From assembly GCA_036172245.1 (NCBI GenBank), contig JAYWIR010000038.1, forward strand, positions 1,736,001 to 1,800,000: DNA of 64,000 nt. Reading direction: 5' to 3'. The notes under the pieces are model-generated. The model had not been told where the DNA came from and did no database searches. It was given only the letters and a program-made list of their open reading frames with translations. Made by a program: the position numbers and the translations under genes. Shown here piece after piece: positions 24,101 to 37,300 of this stretch; position 1 is the first letter of the stretch; each line of letters begins with the position of its first letter. Origin of the DNA: Raillietiella orientalis (taxonomy: Eukaryota).

Positions 24101-27100
24101 ACCACCCTGGAATGTAAACCAGGAAGTCCTTTGCTGGAACTTCTTGGAAGAAGAACGATCGAAGCACCTCGAGCTGACCGCTGAGAGCATTTTCAACAAC
24201 ACCTGGTTGCCCCCGTGGGCTGGAGGACGCACTCTACCCTCATCCGTTTCCTGCTTCGGCGCGAGCCCTCGGGAATCACGTTCATTACCGCGAGAGCAGT
24301 CCGTCGCATTCCCCGTTTATTTATTTATTTATTGGCCATGCCTCCTCCTCTCCTCCCTAGTTCCGTTTCCCAGTGAGGATATTCTCCTTGGTTTCAGGCC
24401 TGCTCGGTCGGTCCTTTTGTAACTGTATAAATTTGCCGGACCATTTATTTACCTATTTATGCTAAATAAATGGCCCAGCAACCCGAGATGGGGGAAGGTC
24501 GCCCCCTTGCCAGACACTCCCGCTTTTCGCTTTTTGCTAAGAAAAATCCACTGCACGAGTGCACAAGGGACCCGGCGTCGATGCTCGCCGGTGCAAGCTC
24601 GCAAATCCCCAGTGACTCCTGCATATTTACTCCACGTCATCCTAAGGTAATACCACGTGCACGAAGGCCACTTCTTGCGCACTTTCAGTGAGCACAGATC
24701 GCGCAGATGGAGGAAGGAAGGGGGAGGGTTGCTGTGCTCGCCTCCTGCCAGCCCATCGTCCCCGGGACGCACGTCAGCCTCTCACGCCGGACCGGGCGCG
24801 CCCGACCGAAGGCCTCGCTCGAAAACCGACCATCCGCCTCGGATGCCTCCGGGAAAAGGGACGAAGGAAACGGCGCGCTTTTCCCCCCCTACAGAGGTCG
24901 CTTTCCTCGACCACGGGGCGAGGACAGCGACCGGATCCCGGAGGAAACGGAGGTGACGCGGAAGTGAGAAGACGGCTCGAGGAGGGGAGAGCCCTCCGCC
25001 GACGTCCGGAATGCAACGCTCCCGCCGATCTACCGGGGAGCGTCGGAAGGGTCGTGAGCGCCGCCAGCGATGCGCTGCAGCCGTGCCACGCCGTGGCGCC
25101 CTTTGATCGCGAGTATTTGGACGGTGAGGGTGAGGCGGTGGTGGTCGACGCGGCGGCTGGCCTTGCTGACGATTCTCCGTCAGCCGGACGGAGGCGTTCC
25201 GCATGGTCGGTCGAGGTCGCAGCCTTCCCCCCCCACTGGGGCTGCTGTTGCTCACGGTGCCAGCCTTCCAGCGGGTGTCGCAGGACGTTGCGCGGGCGCC
25301 GTGACCTCCGCTTCCGTTGTCCCGCTCGCTACCGGGCCGTCGATCGGCTTTGGGCGTGCCCCGGGGCGTCGAGGCGTCGCTCCCTGCCTTCGGCACCGAG
25401 CCCTGTCAGGAGGGACCCGTCACGCGCACCGATCCTGAGCGCGGGCTGGTTGCAGGTCGCCAGCTCGCGAGTGGCAGCAAGCAGCCTCGTTCCCGAGCCA
25501 CCTCGTTCTTGCCTGCGCTACTCGCGCAGCGATTCTCAGGCTGCGTGCGTACGGTTCGTCGTCGCCGCCGCGCCACTCGCCTCCGGGCGCATCCGGGCCG
25601 CGCGGCCCCCCTGGGCGAGCGAGTAGCTCCTGTGGGGTGTTTTGGGCCGCGCCGCTCGTGCCGTCCGTCATCCACTTTGCCATCGGGTTCCGGCGGTTCT
25701 TGCAACCCCCTGCGGCTCACCGGCTTCGAGAGAATATTCGTGCTTCCGTGGACCACACATTCGACCCTGGCAAAGCGGAACTGCCGGTGCGTATGGAGAT
25801 TCCTCCAAAGGGTCACTATTTGTCAAGCTTACCCCAGAGGTGTTTGTCCAACATCCTTTTTCGTGGGGAGATCGGCTCTTTTGATGTTAGCCATCGAAGA
25901 CCGTCGTTCGAGAACTTTCTTCGGCCGCTGTTTGGACGAATTCATGTTTTCTGCCCGATTAAACGCTTGGACCTGGTCATGAGGAACTTGAGGGGTACCT
26001 GGCGCCTTTCTTATGCGGCGCTCGAGACTTTTCTCTAGTTGCATCTCGGAGCTTCATTTTTTGACGAGGAGAGAGGAATCCTGGAAATTCGATCCCTCTG
26101 AGAAACAGCTGGTTGCCAAGGTTTCATTTCGAGTTGCAATCCCTCTTGCTACCGCTCTGTGATCGCCTTGCTTCATGTTTTGTGAAATCTGATTGTTGCT
26201 CCACAAAGGAAACCCTTTTTTTTGCATCTCCTTTTATGCGAAGAAACTTCTGCTCTCCTCCTCTTCCACCTTCTTTCCAAGCTGTTCCCCAGCACTGACA
26301 ACGCGCGATTCGCCTAACAGTTAAGCCGGTGAAGTGATAGGGCATCCAGGCAAGAAGAAAGGGTTCTTGACAAAGAAATCCGCTATTTCCGATTTCAAAT
26401 GTAAGGAAATGACCTCCGTTGTAGGTAAAAACGGTGGCTTGTGGAGCACTGCTTAGGCAGCCTGTCACGGCTACACGTGGCTGCCCAGGATTGACCCGAT
26501 GCCGGATAATGTCCGGGTTTCTACAACAGGATCTTCAAGATCGGTCACGGCGAAATTTGGGGCTTCATTCCCTCTTCACGCCATGAGCGAGAACACCCAC
26601 ACCAGATCGGAAACAACCGCTTCTCTCCTTCCTTTCTTCCTCCGACCGATTTCGGTCAATCGAAGTGCGGTACCGAAGCTGCTGCTTCTCTCTGGTGAAG
26701 AGCAGAGTCTGTTTGGCTTCTCCATTGTCTTCATGGAAACCAAGGGTCGCAGCTGGTCTTTAAGCCGTGCACTCTGTTCTTGCGTTGCAGGGTGCTCGTA
26801 GCAGTCGCACATGGTGTTTAGAACGGAACTACAGGAAATCCCCCCCCCGTAGAATTTCGTGCCACCTCGTCGCCGGTCTGCAGGGTGGAACCACGGGGTA
26901 CAAGAAGAATGGGAGCAAAGTGTGTTGGTTGGGACTCCCGTGTGACTCCCGGTGACCACCAAGCCTATTCCTCCAGCTGCTTGCCGTCCGTCTGCGAAAG
27001 GCCGACACGCTCGTAATCCACTGCAAGCACCGAGCAACCGATGCGTTGCAAATTCACGCGCGCACTGCCGCCGGTGTGCCACTCGCCTTCTGAGCAGACG

Positions 27101-27950
27101 ACCGCGCGCGAAACCGTGGCCGTTCGGTTGTCTGCAGCGAGGTGGAGCATCGGAAATGCCTCCAACGAAAGCATCCAGCCAGAGCAACTTTCTGGGCCTC
27201 CTCTTCCAGACAAGGATCATGCGAGATTACTTCCCACAGATGCTGAGCTTCCTGCATCTGGGATCATCTCGCCTGATGCCCCGCTGCGAGGAAGGAGAGC
27301 GAGAAGAGATGCCAAGTGGGTGATCTACGCAGTGCAGGACGCGCGGGAAGGCAGCAGCCATCTTCATTCGCTTCCTTAGCAGAATCTGCTTCCCTTAATC
27401 TCGTCTGTCAGTCCTCATCGCAGTTGCTGGAATCCAGCGTCAGATGTCGTCTTGTTTTGGTTTCGCTCCCCTCAGAGAAGAGCCTGGCGCAAAGGGGGTA
27501 GGAAAACGCCGCCGCTGTCTCCCTTGATTCGTCCTAAGGGGAACATGAGCTGCGATCCATGCCAGCATCCACCTCCTGAGAGGACCTGCAAGTGAAAGAG
27601 AAAGAGGAAAGAAAGGAAATGCCACGAGGAGCTGACATCAGAGCCGCTCGGCAAGCCGAAGGCAAGAAGTCGGCAGGAAACACTCTCGACAGCTCTCGAC
27701 GGCCTTCCGTTCGGGCCCTCGCTCTCTCGAGTGAAAGTGGTCGACTCCGGCAGTAGGGGGCGGAGGCCTCTTCCCTTTCGACGGTCGGCGGTGCCTGGGC
27801 TAGGGAGTCGCAGGGGTACGGGGGCAGCTCAGGCAGTCCGAACGGGGAGGGATTTAGTCGGTATCTGATGAGCCAATTCGCCAGGGAGCATAGAGGGCTC
27901 GAGTGCGCCCACTTCCACGTCCCCCTTCGGCGACCCTGGGCTTTCCATGA
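21114..27950 (-). pseudogene. Roco module M7: ankyrin repeats - Roc - COR - CARD-like; clearest motifs; carries an inverted 1.1-kb insert
   Basis: Ankyrin-like: 'PMLHLAADN' (26965..27213), 'RADLPTKKDVGQTPLG' (25829..26044) and 'SGKGATFPHLGLLGH' (24449..24772). Pre-Roc 'GQLEVLRSFF'. P-loop 'KVLGM*AYLKTGKS' (~24010-24055) and 'ATEGIHF' (~23930-23950). 'RIFLDC' and 'GYLNDSRSLL' (22099..22950), 'LFLEAYWLAG' (22380..22640), and 'GVWSDGFRF...FRAYLCVIEQTISKNF' (21503..22042). CARD-like 'DKTVEFMELLTSFGDQGARAFQEKI' (21114..21302). Minus-strand polypyrimidine/AG acceptors near 27586 and 23245. Confidence 0.72.
24670..25812. repeat. Arm 2 of the ~1.1-kb inverted duplication, lying antisense within the ankyrin region of M7
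   Basis: Inverted copy of 13945-15073 with scattered substitutions and an extra 18 bp at 25294-25311. M7 ankyrin motifs resume on both sides. Confidence 0.97.
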
Positions 27951-28849
27951 AGACAGTGAGGCGCGCGCGCCCTTCACCCGACCTTAGTCAGCCCGTCCCT
28001 CGTTTGCCCACCTTCCTCCTCGCCGATGTTCCCACCCCACACCCTCGTCACCTCGCGGAACGTTCGCCGTCTCGGAACCTGCCATTGCCTCCCGCTCGCG
28101 TGCGCGCCGCTCCCGGTAACGCTCAGTCTGATCAAACAAATTTCGCTTTTCATCGCCCCTGTGTGAGTCTACAACGGGAGGGCGCGTGAATTCCCCCTGA
28201 CTTTCAGTAGCGTCCGGGAAAGCTACTACTTGCCTCTCGGCAGGAGATTCTAATTACTGACAGATGCAGTCATTTGGTGCACATCACGGAACGACCTTCT
28301 TCGAGAGAAACCTCCTCTTCTCCCCTCCTCCCCTCAGAAAAAAAAAAAGAAGGTGAGGGATTCCCTGTGTTCCTGGGCGTCCGTGGATTTATGGAACACT
28401 CTGTTTCGACAGGATGCCGCGGACGAGCGCGCGCACCCCGCGTGCTCGCGTGCAGCACGAGCCCTCGATAAGAAGTGGAGACTGGGAGTTCCTCTGCGAG
28501 CGAAATGCAAAAACCGGGATGGGGTACGAGCAGGAGGAGATAGGGGATGCGTGGCGCAAGCGTCCTTGCGAGGGCGTCTCAGCGTCTCCAGGTGGCCCAG
28601 GCGCGGGGCGCCGCCACCCCAATTTGCCCCTCGATCCGGTATTCTCTCGACGGAGGAAACTCTAGAGGAATGGAATGGAGGGAGGGAAGGGGGAGGGAGG
28701 AGAAGGGACTTTCTCAAAACAGGGAAGCTAACAAGAGGTGCATCTGCGACCCGTGTTCCTGAATTCATTACGAAGGATGAAAGGCTCCGTTTTTGCTCAT
28801 CGGCAAGCGGGGGAGGACGCGCATGTTAAACCAGCCCTTTGGAAACGAA

Positions 28850-31800
28850 CCTCTTGCGCAGTCGACGACGTCTTCAAACGGGAAAAGTACCCAACAGGAA
28901 AGAAGGTGCGACGCGGGAACGCGTGCATTCCGCTCACGTAAGCGTACCTGAATGTTCCATGCAGCAGCCGTACCGAGTGCCCCAGCAAGAGGATCACTGG
29001 CAAGAAGGGGCCATTCGAATCACGGATTTCCTGCGATGCCCGTGAGATGGGAGACTGCGCTTAATCGTCGGGTGCCTCCGAGCCGAAATCAATAAAAGCC
29101 AGGCAGTTGTTTGTGATAGCTGCTAATTTCTTTCATTTGCGACGATGATGCACGGTCGGAGGCGAGCCTGCTTCCCCCTCCGGAAAGGCAACTCCTTCCC
29201 ATGGAAACGGTTTCGTCAGCTGCTCCTGTGAGATGACGAGTGACAAGATAATTGCGCAAGAAGTATCCGACTCTCCGGGAGGAACGCCATCCGGAGACCG
29301 GGCGAAACAGGATCGGGACATCACCGGAGGAATTCCTGATCTTCGAGCCTTCCGGATGCATCAAAGAATTAACACATAAATCAGGAATCTGCAGCTGCAG
29401 CTGATTTTATTCCATCTCTCCGACTGATCTCGTTTATCCCTGAATGTGGAATTGGATTCTAAGATTGTTTTCCCCAAGAGCAGATTCCTCTCGTGCAACA
29501 TTAGAACGACTGGAAAGCGTTTCCATGATGACCATTCCCAGATCTATAAATTTTCTGCTATCTGACTTATACTTCCTTGCGATGCTGCAATAATTATTTC
29601 TTGCGTTGGATCCGTTTTTATGGCACACTTAGCACAGATTTACGAGTCGAGCCGCATCTACTGCTATGACAAAGGCACCGGATGGCTGCAGGTCTGGTTC
29701 CGCTGGTCCGTAGCCAGCGGAACCAGGCAGAGAGGCAACGCAGAGGAATCGCGCCAGAGCCACCGGAGTTTGGACGAGCGCGAGGTCTCTCCCCGCCACC
29801 GCCACCCGCACCCTCATCCGTCCAGGTGTGTATGGAGCGAAAGACCTCCGCCGCCGCGGGCGCCGGGGAGGACGGACCCCGCTTTCCAGCTCGTGTCGCT
29901 GAAAACGAAGCGGTGGCGATCCGTGGGGAACGGGTCGCATCGGAAGGCGGGCCGCGTAGCAGCCGGTACGCTGGCTGTCGAGGTGGACGAAGGCAAGCCT
30001 GGAGGAGGAGGAAGAGGAGGAAGGGTGGAGGAAGAGTGAAAAGTGGAAAGCACCGCGCCTCTCTCCCCCCGTGCACTTCCGATCGGAGGTCATCGACCTC
30101 AACTCGCGGATGAAACAAAAATTAAGACTGAATCATGCTTCTCGCGACTGTCGCTGGATAGGCAGGTTGTTTTTCACGGCGAAAGATGGGGTCGAAGAGC
30201 CTCTGCACGGTGGAATTTCCATCCCAGGCTCATCTCCAGTGGAGAGACCGATGTTCCAAGAATCTTTCACTTATTCATCCAAAATAAGGAAGCCATTTTT
30301 CTGGGAGCCATCCCGGCGGATGCAAATGCCGTGTTGCAGAGAGTCATGCACTTCCATGCCTTCGAAATGCTTTTCATTCCTTCCTTCTCTTCCCTCTTCT
30401 CTCCTCCTCCTCTTCCTTCCATTGATCTTTTGCTTCCAGCTCCTCGTAAGGACTAACAGCGCCATCAGTACGCATCCCGAACTCGAGGACTTCCACTCTC
30501 TTTCCAGTCAAGAATGGGTCCATCAAGTTGAACCCATACGAAACCCCATCGCCACCGCTTTTATCCTGGCTCCTCGCATCTTCCACTCCGATGCTCCATC
30601 CAAGCAGCCAATCTTGGGCAAGGCTCATTTTCGTTCCGCGCTTGCATGAGGTTTCGGCCCAAACGATTTCTCTCTTCTGAAGGACACAGCCGTGCCGCCT
30701 TAAATAAGGATCTGCGTGGGCTTTCGAGACATTCAGGGAGACCCCGAGGCAGCAGCGCGTCCGATTTTACCTCGTCGGCCGGATGGTGGCCACCCCTTTG
30801 CGAAGAAATTAATTTATCCGTCCCCAGCCCTTGCTTCACACAAGGCGCCCGGAGTCCCGGTTCGCAAATTGACGAATCCCGCTAATTCCACGGGTCACCT
30901 TTTTCCTGATTACCCGCCGGATGCGGCAACGGTGATTTTACGCTGCCGCAGCTGCCGCTTTGTTCCAAAGGCGTTCGACGAAAGCTCTTCAAGCTGAGGG
31001 CTCCTTCTTACGCGAACGGATGCTTCCTTCTGAGGTTCCAGGAATTTCCCAGCCCGGAGAGTCTGTTGCATCTCCAGAAACACGCGCACATAAAAAAAAA
31101 AAAAAAAACCGAAAAAGGAATTCCTCATCTCTTGTAATCTTTCTCCTCAATCTCTTCATGCTTTTTTGTTTTTTGTTTTTCTCTCTCTTTTTTTTCGTCC
31201 CAAAGAACAACCGAAAATTTCCCTGAACGGTTGGATCGCTTCCGTTCCCCGAGAAATTGTCCCTGGACACGTTCCGCGAACAGAGGCGGAGAGAAACCGA
31301 ATAAGACCGGCGCGTGAAGCCCGGCCCTTCGCGCCCCTCATGGTGGGAGGTCGGGGGGGCTGCCCCTGGAACATGGCATGCAGCCTTCCCTGTCTGAATC
31401 AACCGAGGCCGCTCGAACGCTCGCAGAAACCGAGAAAACGCCTCTTGCGGTGCAGCCGGAGCGAAAGATGCTCTTGTGGCCCGGATGAGACAACGAAGGG
31501 CAGGGTTCCTAAGCCCTTCCGGAGCGAGGAGTCACGGTCAAAGCAGTAAAGTGAAAGTCCAAGGGGAGGGGGTGGCAGGTTGACGATCGTGTGTGCAGCG
31601 AGAGTAGGATTTTCAGGGAATTTTGCGAGGAGCGCGCGTTGGCGCGTATCGCGGGAGACTCCTCGATTCGCTGGAGAAGAAAGCAACGGATGCGTAGAGT
31701 GAAAGACGTGACTCCCGAACATCAGGCGTTCGTGACGGCGGCGATGGCAACGCCGAAAGGCAGCTTCAAGCTGAACAGACAGAAAGCAAGCACGGGCCAA

Positions 31801-32750
31801 AGGCTGAATGGGACGAACACCGCCGATCTTTCTGCTGCACCGCTGGTGGCTGCCTCCCTGCTGAACTTTGAAACGGCTTCCACACTGCTGAGGTCGGCCG
31901 TCTCCCTCGAAGGTTTAGTAGCCCATGGAGTTGGTTTGCGTAACCATTAAAGCTTTATTGCCAATTTCATTTGCTACCTGCAAGCGGCTCGTTCAAGCGC
32001 ACACTTCCAGCATCCGTTAAGTGAATCCTGACCGCGAGAGACGTAAGTGTCAGGGGGATCCCCGCGATATGCATGCGAGGATGGTCAGCCGGGGACACGC
32101 AACCGTCGACGGACTGGACTCGTCTCCTGCTCGACGAAAACCCAGAGGAAAACACGGAAAGCGGCTGCTATTCCTCTGCAGCCGGTTCAAGGTATTCGGA
32201 AAATTTTGAAGACAGCACCCCCTCTCTGCAGCATGCAACACGGCCTTCTTCTGGTAGGAGTGGGTGGGTATGCGAGCGTTCCAGGGCTCCCCATTGCCTG
32301 TTTGATTCTCGAGGTGAGCCTCTTGAAAATGCTCCAACTTCACGCTTGTTTTCCTCGGATTGCTTCAAAAATCTCCCGCTTACTTGCAGCTCTGCAGCCT
32401 CGGGAGTGGCGTGTTTTCAGTCCCGTGCTGCACGCGGAAAAGCAAAGCGGAAAAGGAAAGAAACTCTCCTTCTGCATCGAATCGGTACGAATCCACAATC
32501 TATTTTCCGTGTCCCGTTGAGTAGGGATGGCGGCAGCTCCTACCTTTATGCAGCCCTTTCGGCTGTTGCTGCATGCCCGCTCCAATCATGGTTCGCGACA
32601 GAAGAAACTGACCCTCTTTCATCTTTCCGAAAAGCCGGGCGTCGCCCGGAATGAAGGCTGACCTCGGTTTACCTGATCAGCTGCGCTTGAAACAACGAGG
32701 ACTTCGTGCTCGAGAGAGCTGCCTTTTCAACGCGCGCGACCTGTTCGACC
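28850..32750 (-). pseudogene. Roco module M6: ankyrin repeats - Roc - COR - CARD-like; decayed
   Basis: Ankyrin-like: 'KAVLHAAERG' (32050..32343). P-loop: 'QRKITVAASGG*SGK' (~30900-30945). COR: 'FVFSDTSWKAGSVL' (29814..30053) and 'KFIDLGMVIME...RIQFHIQG' (29434..29628). CARD-like: 'KEISSYHKQL...ISRASQEIRDSNGPFLPVILLL' (~28850-29130). Confidence 0.65.
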
Positions 32751-33429
32751 CACGTTCATTTCCTGACCAGAGTCCTCTGAACGAAACGAAAAGGTTTCAG
32801 GGCACGCGCGCTTGCGGGAAGGATAATCAGAGGGTCTTCGCTGCGAGGAACCCAAGAGCGCGCGCGACGTTCTCAGATCTAGCTCCAGCGCGGGGACACG
32901 CAACTCGCGACGAGATGCTGGAGCTCTGTTCTGCCAGAAGATAGCCGCTCCGAGAAGATAAAAGTAAACATCAAAATCAGATAACGCAAATGGAAAAACG
33001 GCGGAGGGCGAAGGCGTTTGCGGAGCATCGCGAACGACGACGGCAGGAGAATGGCGCCACCGTCCTCCTCGCTGCGACCGGTTCCCCCTGCACGGAAAGG
33101 ATTGGAAGCAGTCGGAGGAAGGAGGGGAGATGCTTCAGAAAGAGAGCGTGTTAAGAGCAGTTAAACAAAATGGGAAAGCCATCACAGATGAATCTCCACA
33201 AAGACATTTGTTTGCTTGCCTTTTCTTTTTTTTCTTTTTTTCCAGCGAGAATTTTTTTTTTTCGCTGTGACGCCAAGGAATACAAGCAGTTGACTCTGGA
33301 AGAGGGGGCATCCTGCTTTGGTATGCAACATGGTAAGGCATTTCACCTATCCACATCTCCCATGTGGATGGCAATTTTCTTTCATCAGTACCCACCGATA
33401 CTCGAAAGCACCTATCGCTTAACTCACCT

Positions 33430-34400
33430 TTCGGGCTGCGGCTCTTGAGATTGACTTCCATCCCGGCAGGTGGCACGCGCCGTGCGTGTTCCGGGAACGT
33501 TGCCGTTTCCCAAGGACCTTGAGTATTCCCGTCGCTGCATCGCTCGCCGGTGCCCGCCCTCCCAAGGACCCCGACAGGAAGGCAGAACCGGCGGCCAGAC
33601 CTCGGTGCTTGCTTGCCCTCACTTCGTTGCCTTGTCTCCTCAGGAGCCAACGACGTCCAGCATGGAAGCTCTTCGGTGACTCCGAGCACAGCATCCGGTG
33701 GCAGTTAGGAGCCCATTCACAGGAAAGGGATAGTTCGAGGACTGCAGCTCCCAGTTTTTCCGGGTGGCCCTGATCCGAGGCCGCCAGTTCGTCGTGCCTT
33801 GGGATCACCCTGTTAGAGTTGCCGACGCGATGGCTGAGAGTGCGGTCGAGGGGTTCCTTCCCAAGCATACGACGGGCGCGGTCACTGCGTCACTGTCACT
33901 CGCACAGGCAGTCGGGGCCGCGCCGCTCCTCGTGAATGCACCAGCAGTCGCTCAATCTTGAAGGCTGTCTGTTAAACACGAAGAGCATGACGCGTACCGC
34001 CGTACCACGCGGCACACGGAGGTTTCTGCGTGTCGCGATGGCAGAGAGCCAAGCGGTCTTCATCTGGAGATCCAGCAGGCCGGTTGCACCGCAGGGCTGG
34101 TGGAATCGGTTCAAGAGACTTTGCTCATCCGTCTTACATCCTCCCTCTCAAGTGGGGAGAGTCATATGCCCCGCGTGACTCCCCCCACTTGAGGGTTTCC
34201 GCACGTGAGGGCGAAGATCAACGAGACGAGCTCGGAGTTACGGCAGCAGGGAGGATTGGTGCACCCCTTCTGCGACGGCTGCTCTCTCCAGGACACCCTC
34301 GTGCATCCCACCAAGTGTGCGTGGGCGGAAACAACCTCCCTGGCCGCGGCGCTACCACCCTGAAGGAGCATCTTCGCAACAACCTACCGGAAAAATGGGA
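33430..34400 (+). mobile_element. LINE ORF2 3' part (post-RT plus zf-RVT), degenerate
   Basis: Cys/His motif 'HPFCDGCSLQDTLVHPTKCAW' at ~34260-34325. Confidence 0.55.
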
Positions 34401-34479
34401 GGTCTCCAGTGAGCTCACTTCCAGGTGGAAGACGCTAGATGGTTGGACCAGCTGAACTGACGCTGAGACCCCGAGTCGC

Positions 34480-35325
34480 CCACCGAAAGGGACTTTTGCT
34501 CTGGGGAGAGCTGCGCGAATTTTCCGCGAGGAAAAGTTCGAGTGACCCCCGGCGCTCCTGAACAACCGCACCCTCCCTCCTCTCGAGTGGAGGGGGAGGG
34601 GATCGGGCGCTTCTGCTGCTGCACCGAGACCTCCCATGCGACGCCCTCCGGCATCCCTTCACCCGGGGATGAGGAGGAAGGCAGTGTCGATCCAAACTGC
34701 AGCAGATACGGGGAACGTGGATCCCTCCCGCACCTGCTCGTCGACCGCGTCCCTCCCTGCGACCGTTGCGGGAACCGTTGAGGGTCGTTTTCTCCTCTGC
34801 AGAAAACGACCCTCCGGACCCCGACCCCGGTGGCGACCCCAGAGACGCACCGAAAACGCTCTTCGCGCACGATGCGTTGCCGCCGGCCGCATCCCTGGCA
34901 GCTTCTTTGACGCCTACGCGGGATCACGGTGGCCTGGAGCGGCGCCAGAGGAGGAAGCTGCGCCAGGGACGCCATCCACTTCTCCCTACCGCTTTTTGCG
35001 GAAGGCAACGAGACGGTCTGGGGAACAGAAACTCATCCTCGAGAGGATGCAGAGGACGGCTCCCGGCAGGTTGTGACTGTACCCCTTCCCGAGCTCCCCC
35101 TTCCATCCCCCTCAAAGTTATTTTTTGATTTGTAGTTTGTTCCGTTTCCTTCCTTCCCCCTCTGCTGTCGAGGTCATCCTCGCCGGTCGGCGCTTCAGCT
35201 TCTCGACAGCTTCCCCATTGTTTGGACGAGTGACCAGGGCCAATAGCCCCACCACTACTTTCGCAACGCTTCTTGTTTGTTTGTTTCTTCTTACTAAAGA
35301 AACGCCCCGGACAACTCGGGTGAAC
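34480..35325 (+). mobile_element. LINE 3' end (zf-RVT plus 3' UTR)
   Basis: 'VDPNCSRYGERGSLPHLLVD' (34542..34781). Terminal motif 'aaacgccccggacaactcgggt' at ~35299-35321. Confidence 0.65.
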
Positions 35326-35449
35326 ATCCGCTATGCAAGATGGAAAACTTCTCAGGGCAAGAAGACCGAACGTGGTGGTGTCGGTTCATGCTTGAGGTCG
35401 AGACGAAGCCAGAGGCAACTCCGGTAGAGCGTTTTTCTTTCTATTTGAG

Positions 35450-36200
35450 TGGGTGGAATGACTGTTGGAGAGGTGGATTCTAAATTCTCAACAACTTCCG
35501 CCACCTTGTTACCCTGTCACAAGCGTCATGACAGTTGTCCGTCGTGGCAGGTGACCCGAGATGTGCCCCCACCACTTGGTCGTCCCGGTTATCCTGAGCA
35601 CTTTCCCGTGCCGTTCTCTTCACGCTTGCTGCCCTTCTGCTAAATCCCGAAGAACGTGTTCGTTCTTTGTGCCCCAGTCCAGGTTTCTAGAGACCAAACC
35701 AAAGGAGCCCTTGGCGAAACGGGTGCACTCCCGTTTACGAACAGGAGGGACCCCCGAGGCATCCGCACGCCCTCAACGTCGAGGAGGAGTTCTGAAAAGG
35801 AGGGTCCCCGCTGGGAAACGACCCCTGAGTCCACTGCACGCGCGTGTTCCAGAGGAGGTTATCTGGCTCGGGAGCTGCTGAGACTTGCGGTCCCAGCCGC
35901 CGGGCTGCTGATAGCACGCACGCTTCCTGGATCCCCGTTCGGGTGGGGAGGACCTGGGAGGAGCTCTGAGGTCACTCACCGTCATCTCGCTTGACCGCAT
36001 GCGAGGCCCCGCGCACGCTTTCTCGTCCACACGCGCAGCTAACCCGTGACCTCTATGCTCTCCGATCCCCGGAGGATCCCGCACTCAAGCGTAAGAGATC
36101 CCTCGCTTCCTACCCTTGTTTCCTTCCTTCGCCTCCGCCACTCTGCTGCGAGCGGCTCAGAGTGCAGCGGAGGAACCGGGCGAGTGATGAGTGCGCCTTC
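35450..36200 (+). mobile_element. LINE post-RT fragment
   Basis: 'RFLETKPKEPLAKRVHSRLRTGG' (35561..35881) resembles the F-x-W...GGLG region of L1-clade ORF2. Confidence 0.45.
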
Positions 36201-37300
36201 TGCCATGACTACTAGGCAAATGCCTAGGGCGCTACGCGACCTGTGAGCGGTCTGAGAACGGAAGCACGGCCGCACTGCCAGACGGCGAAGAAGAGGAACA
36301 GGAAGGACCACTCCTAGATAATCTGACTGCTGAGGGAGGTGCCGGATCAGCAAGAAAGCACACAAGCAGAAGCTGTCACCAGAGGAAACCCGAAAGAGAG
36401 ACGGCAGCCGCGAGATAATTCGATCCGTCCTCCACCCCCAAGTCCAGCACGACCGGTTCGGGAAGAGCCCTTGACTCGCATCCTCGGTCGTCCTCGTGCG
36501 CGAAACTCGGACTTCATCGCTACGGGGCGTAATGTCTGGTCGACTCATCAAGAAAAGCAGCCCAAGGAATGCATGTGACCAGCGGCTGGTGGCCTGCAAC
36601 CCGCCAATCCCGGGAGAGGATTTCAGGCTCCCACTGGACCTGGAATTCCGGAAGGCGAGAGCCGAGTCGTTCCAGGTGGTGTCCCCTGCCAGCGCACGGG
36701 AAAGCACGGTAGGGGGAGGAGACCGAACTGTCCCGTGACATCAGGAAGATCTCAAGAAGGGAAGGGAGGGAGTTCGAGGTCTGCGAATCACCCACTTTCC
36801 ACCTTCCATCTGGTGGAGGGAAAGCTCCTGCTGCCTCGACCGGGATCGCTTCGTCCGGGATCTCCGTCCGAGCCAATTCCTCATCCCCTTTTCTCTAAAA
36901 GCGACGGTTATGGGCGATCCCGGCCCGTCGGTCGTGAGGGCAGCCATGAAGCAGCTCCTCCGAGAGTTCCTATGATGCTGCCGAGCGCCGGAGAGCTCAT
37001 GAAACTCCCGACTAATGCGAAGGGGACTCCAGCCTTTCTCTTCCCGCTTGCCGGCGGTCGTTACCTGAATCCACCGGGAACAGGAAGATGAGATCCGCGT
37101 CGCCCCTCCACTTCCCCATGGCTGGAACGGAACTTCGCGAGAAGAAGGAGGGAAGAAGGAGTAGGAGGAAGAGAAGGGGAGTAGGGCGCGTCGTTAGAGG
37201 TCGATTTTCGGGACCCTCGGAGGGGAAGACGCGCTCTTCCCCGGTCGTGCGTGCGCAGCCAGAAGCCCACTCCTTCCGATCGTAGCCGCTGGCTGAGGCG
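36200..37300 (-). mobile_element. LINE ORF2 fragment, N-terminal part of RT
   Basis: 'LKSSPGIGGL...WGWRTDRIISRL' (36039..36707) resembles K-S-P-G-x-D-G and W-R-P-I-x-L. Confidence 0.5.

Noticed and set aside
13945..25812. 1.1-kb inverted repeats as TIRs of a ~12-kb Polinton/Maverick or other DNA transposon
   Set aside because: No TSD, and no integrase, polymerase or transposase motifs inside. The repeat itself reads as ankyrin/Roc/COR sequence collinear with module M9.
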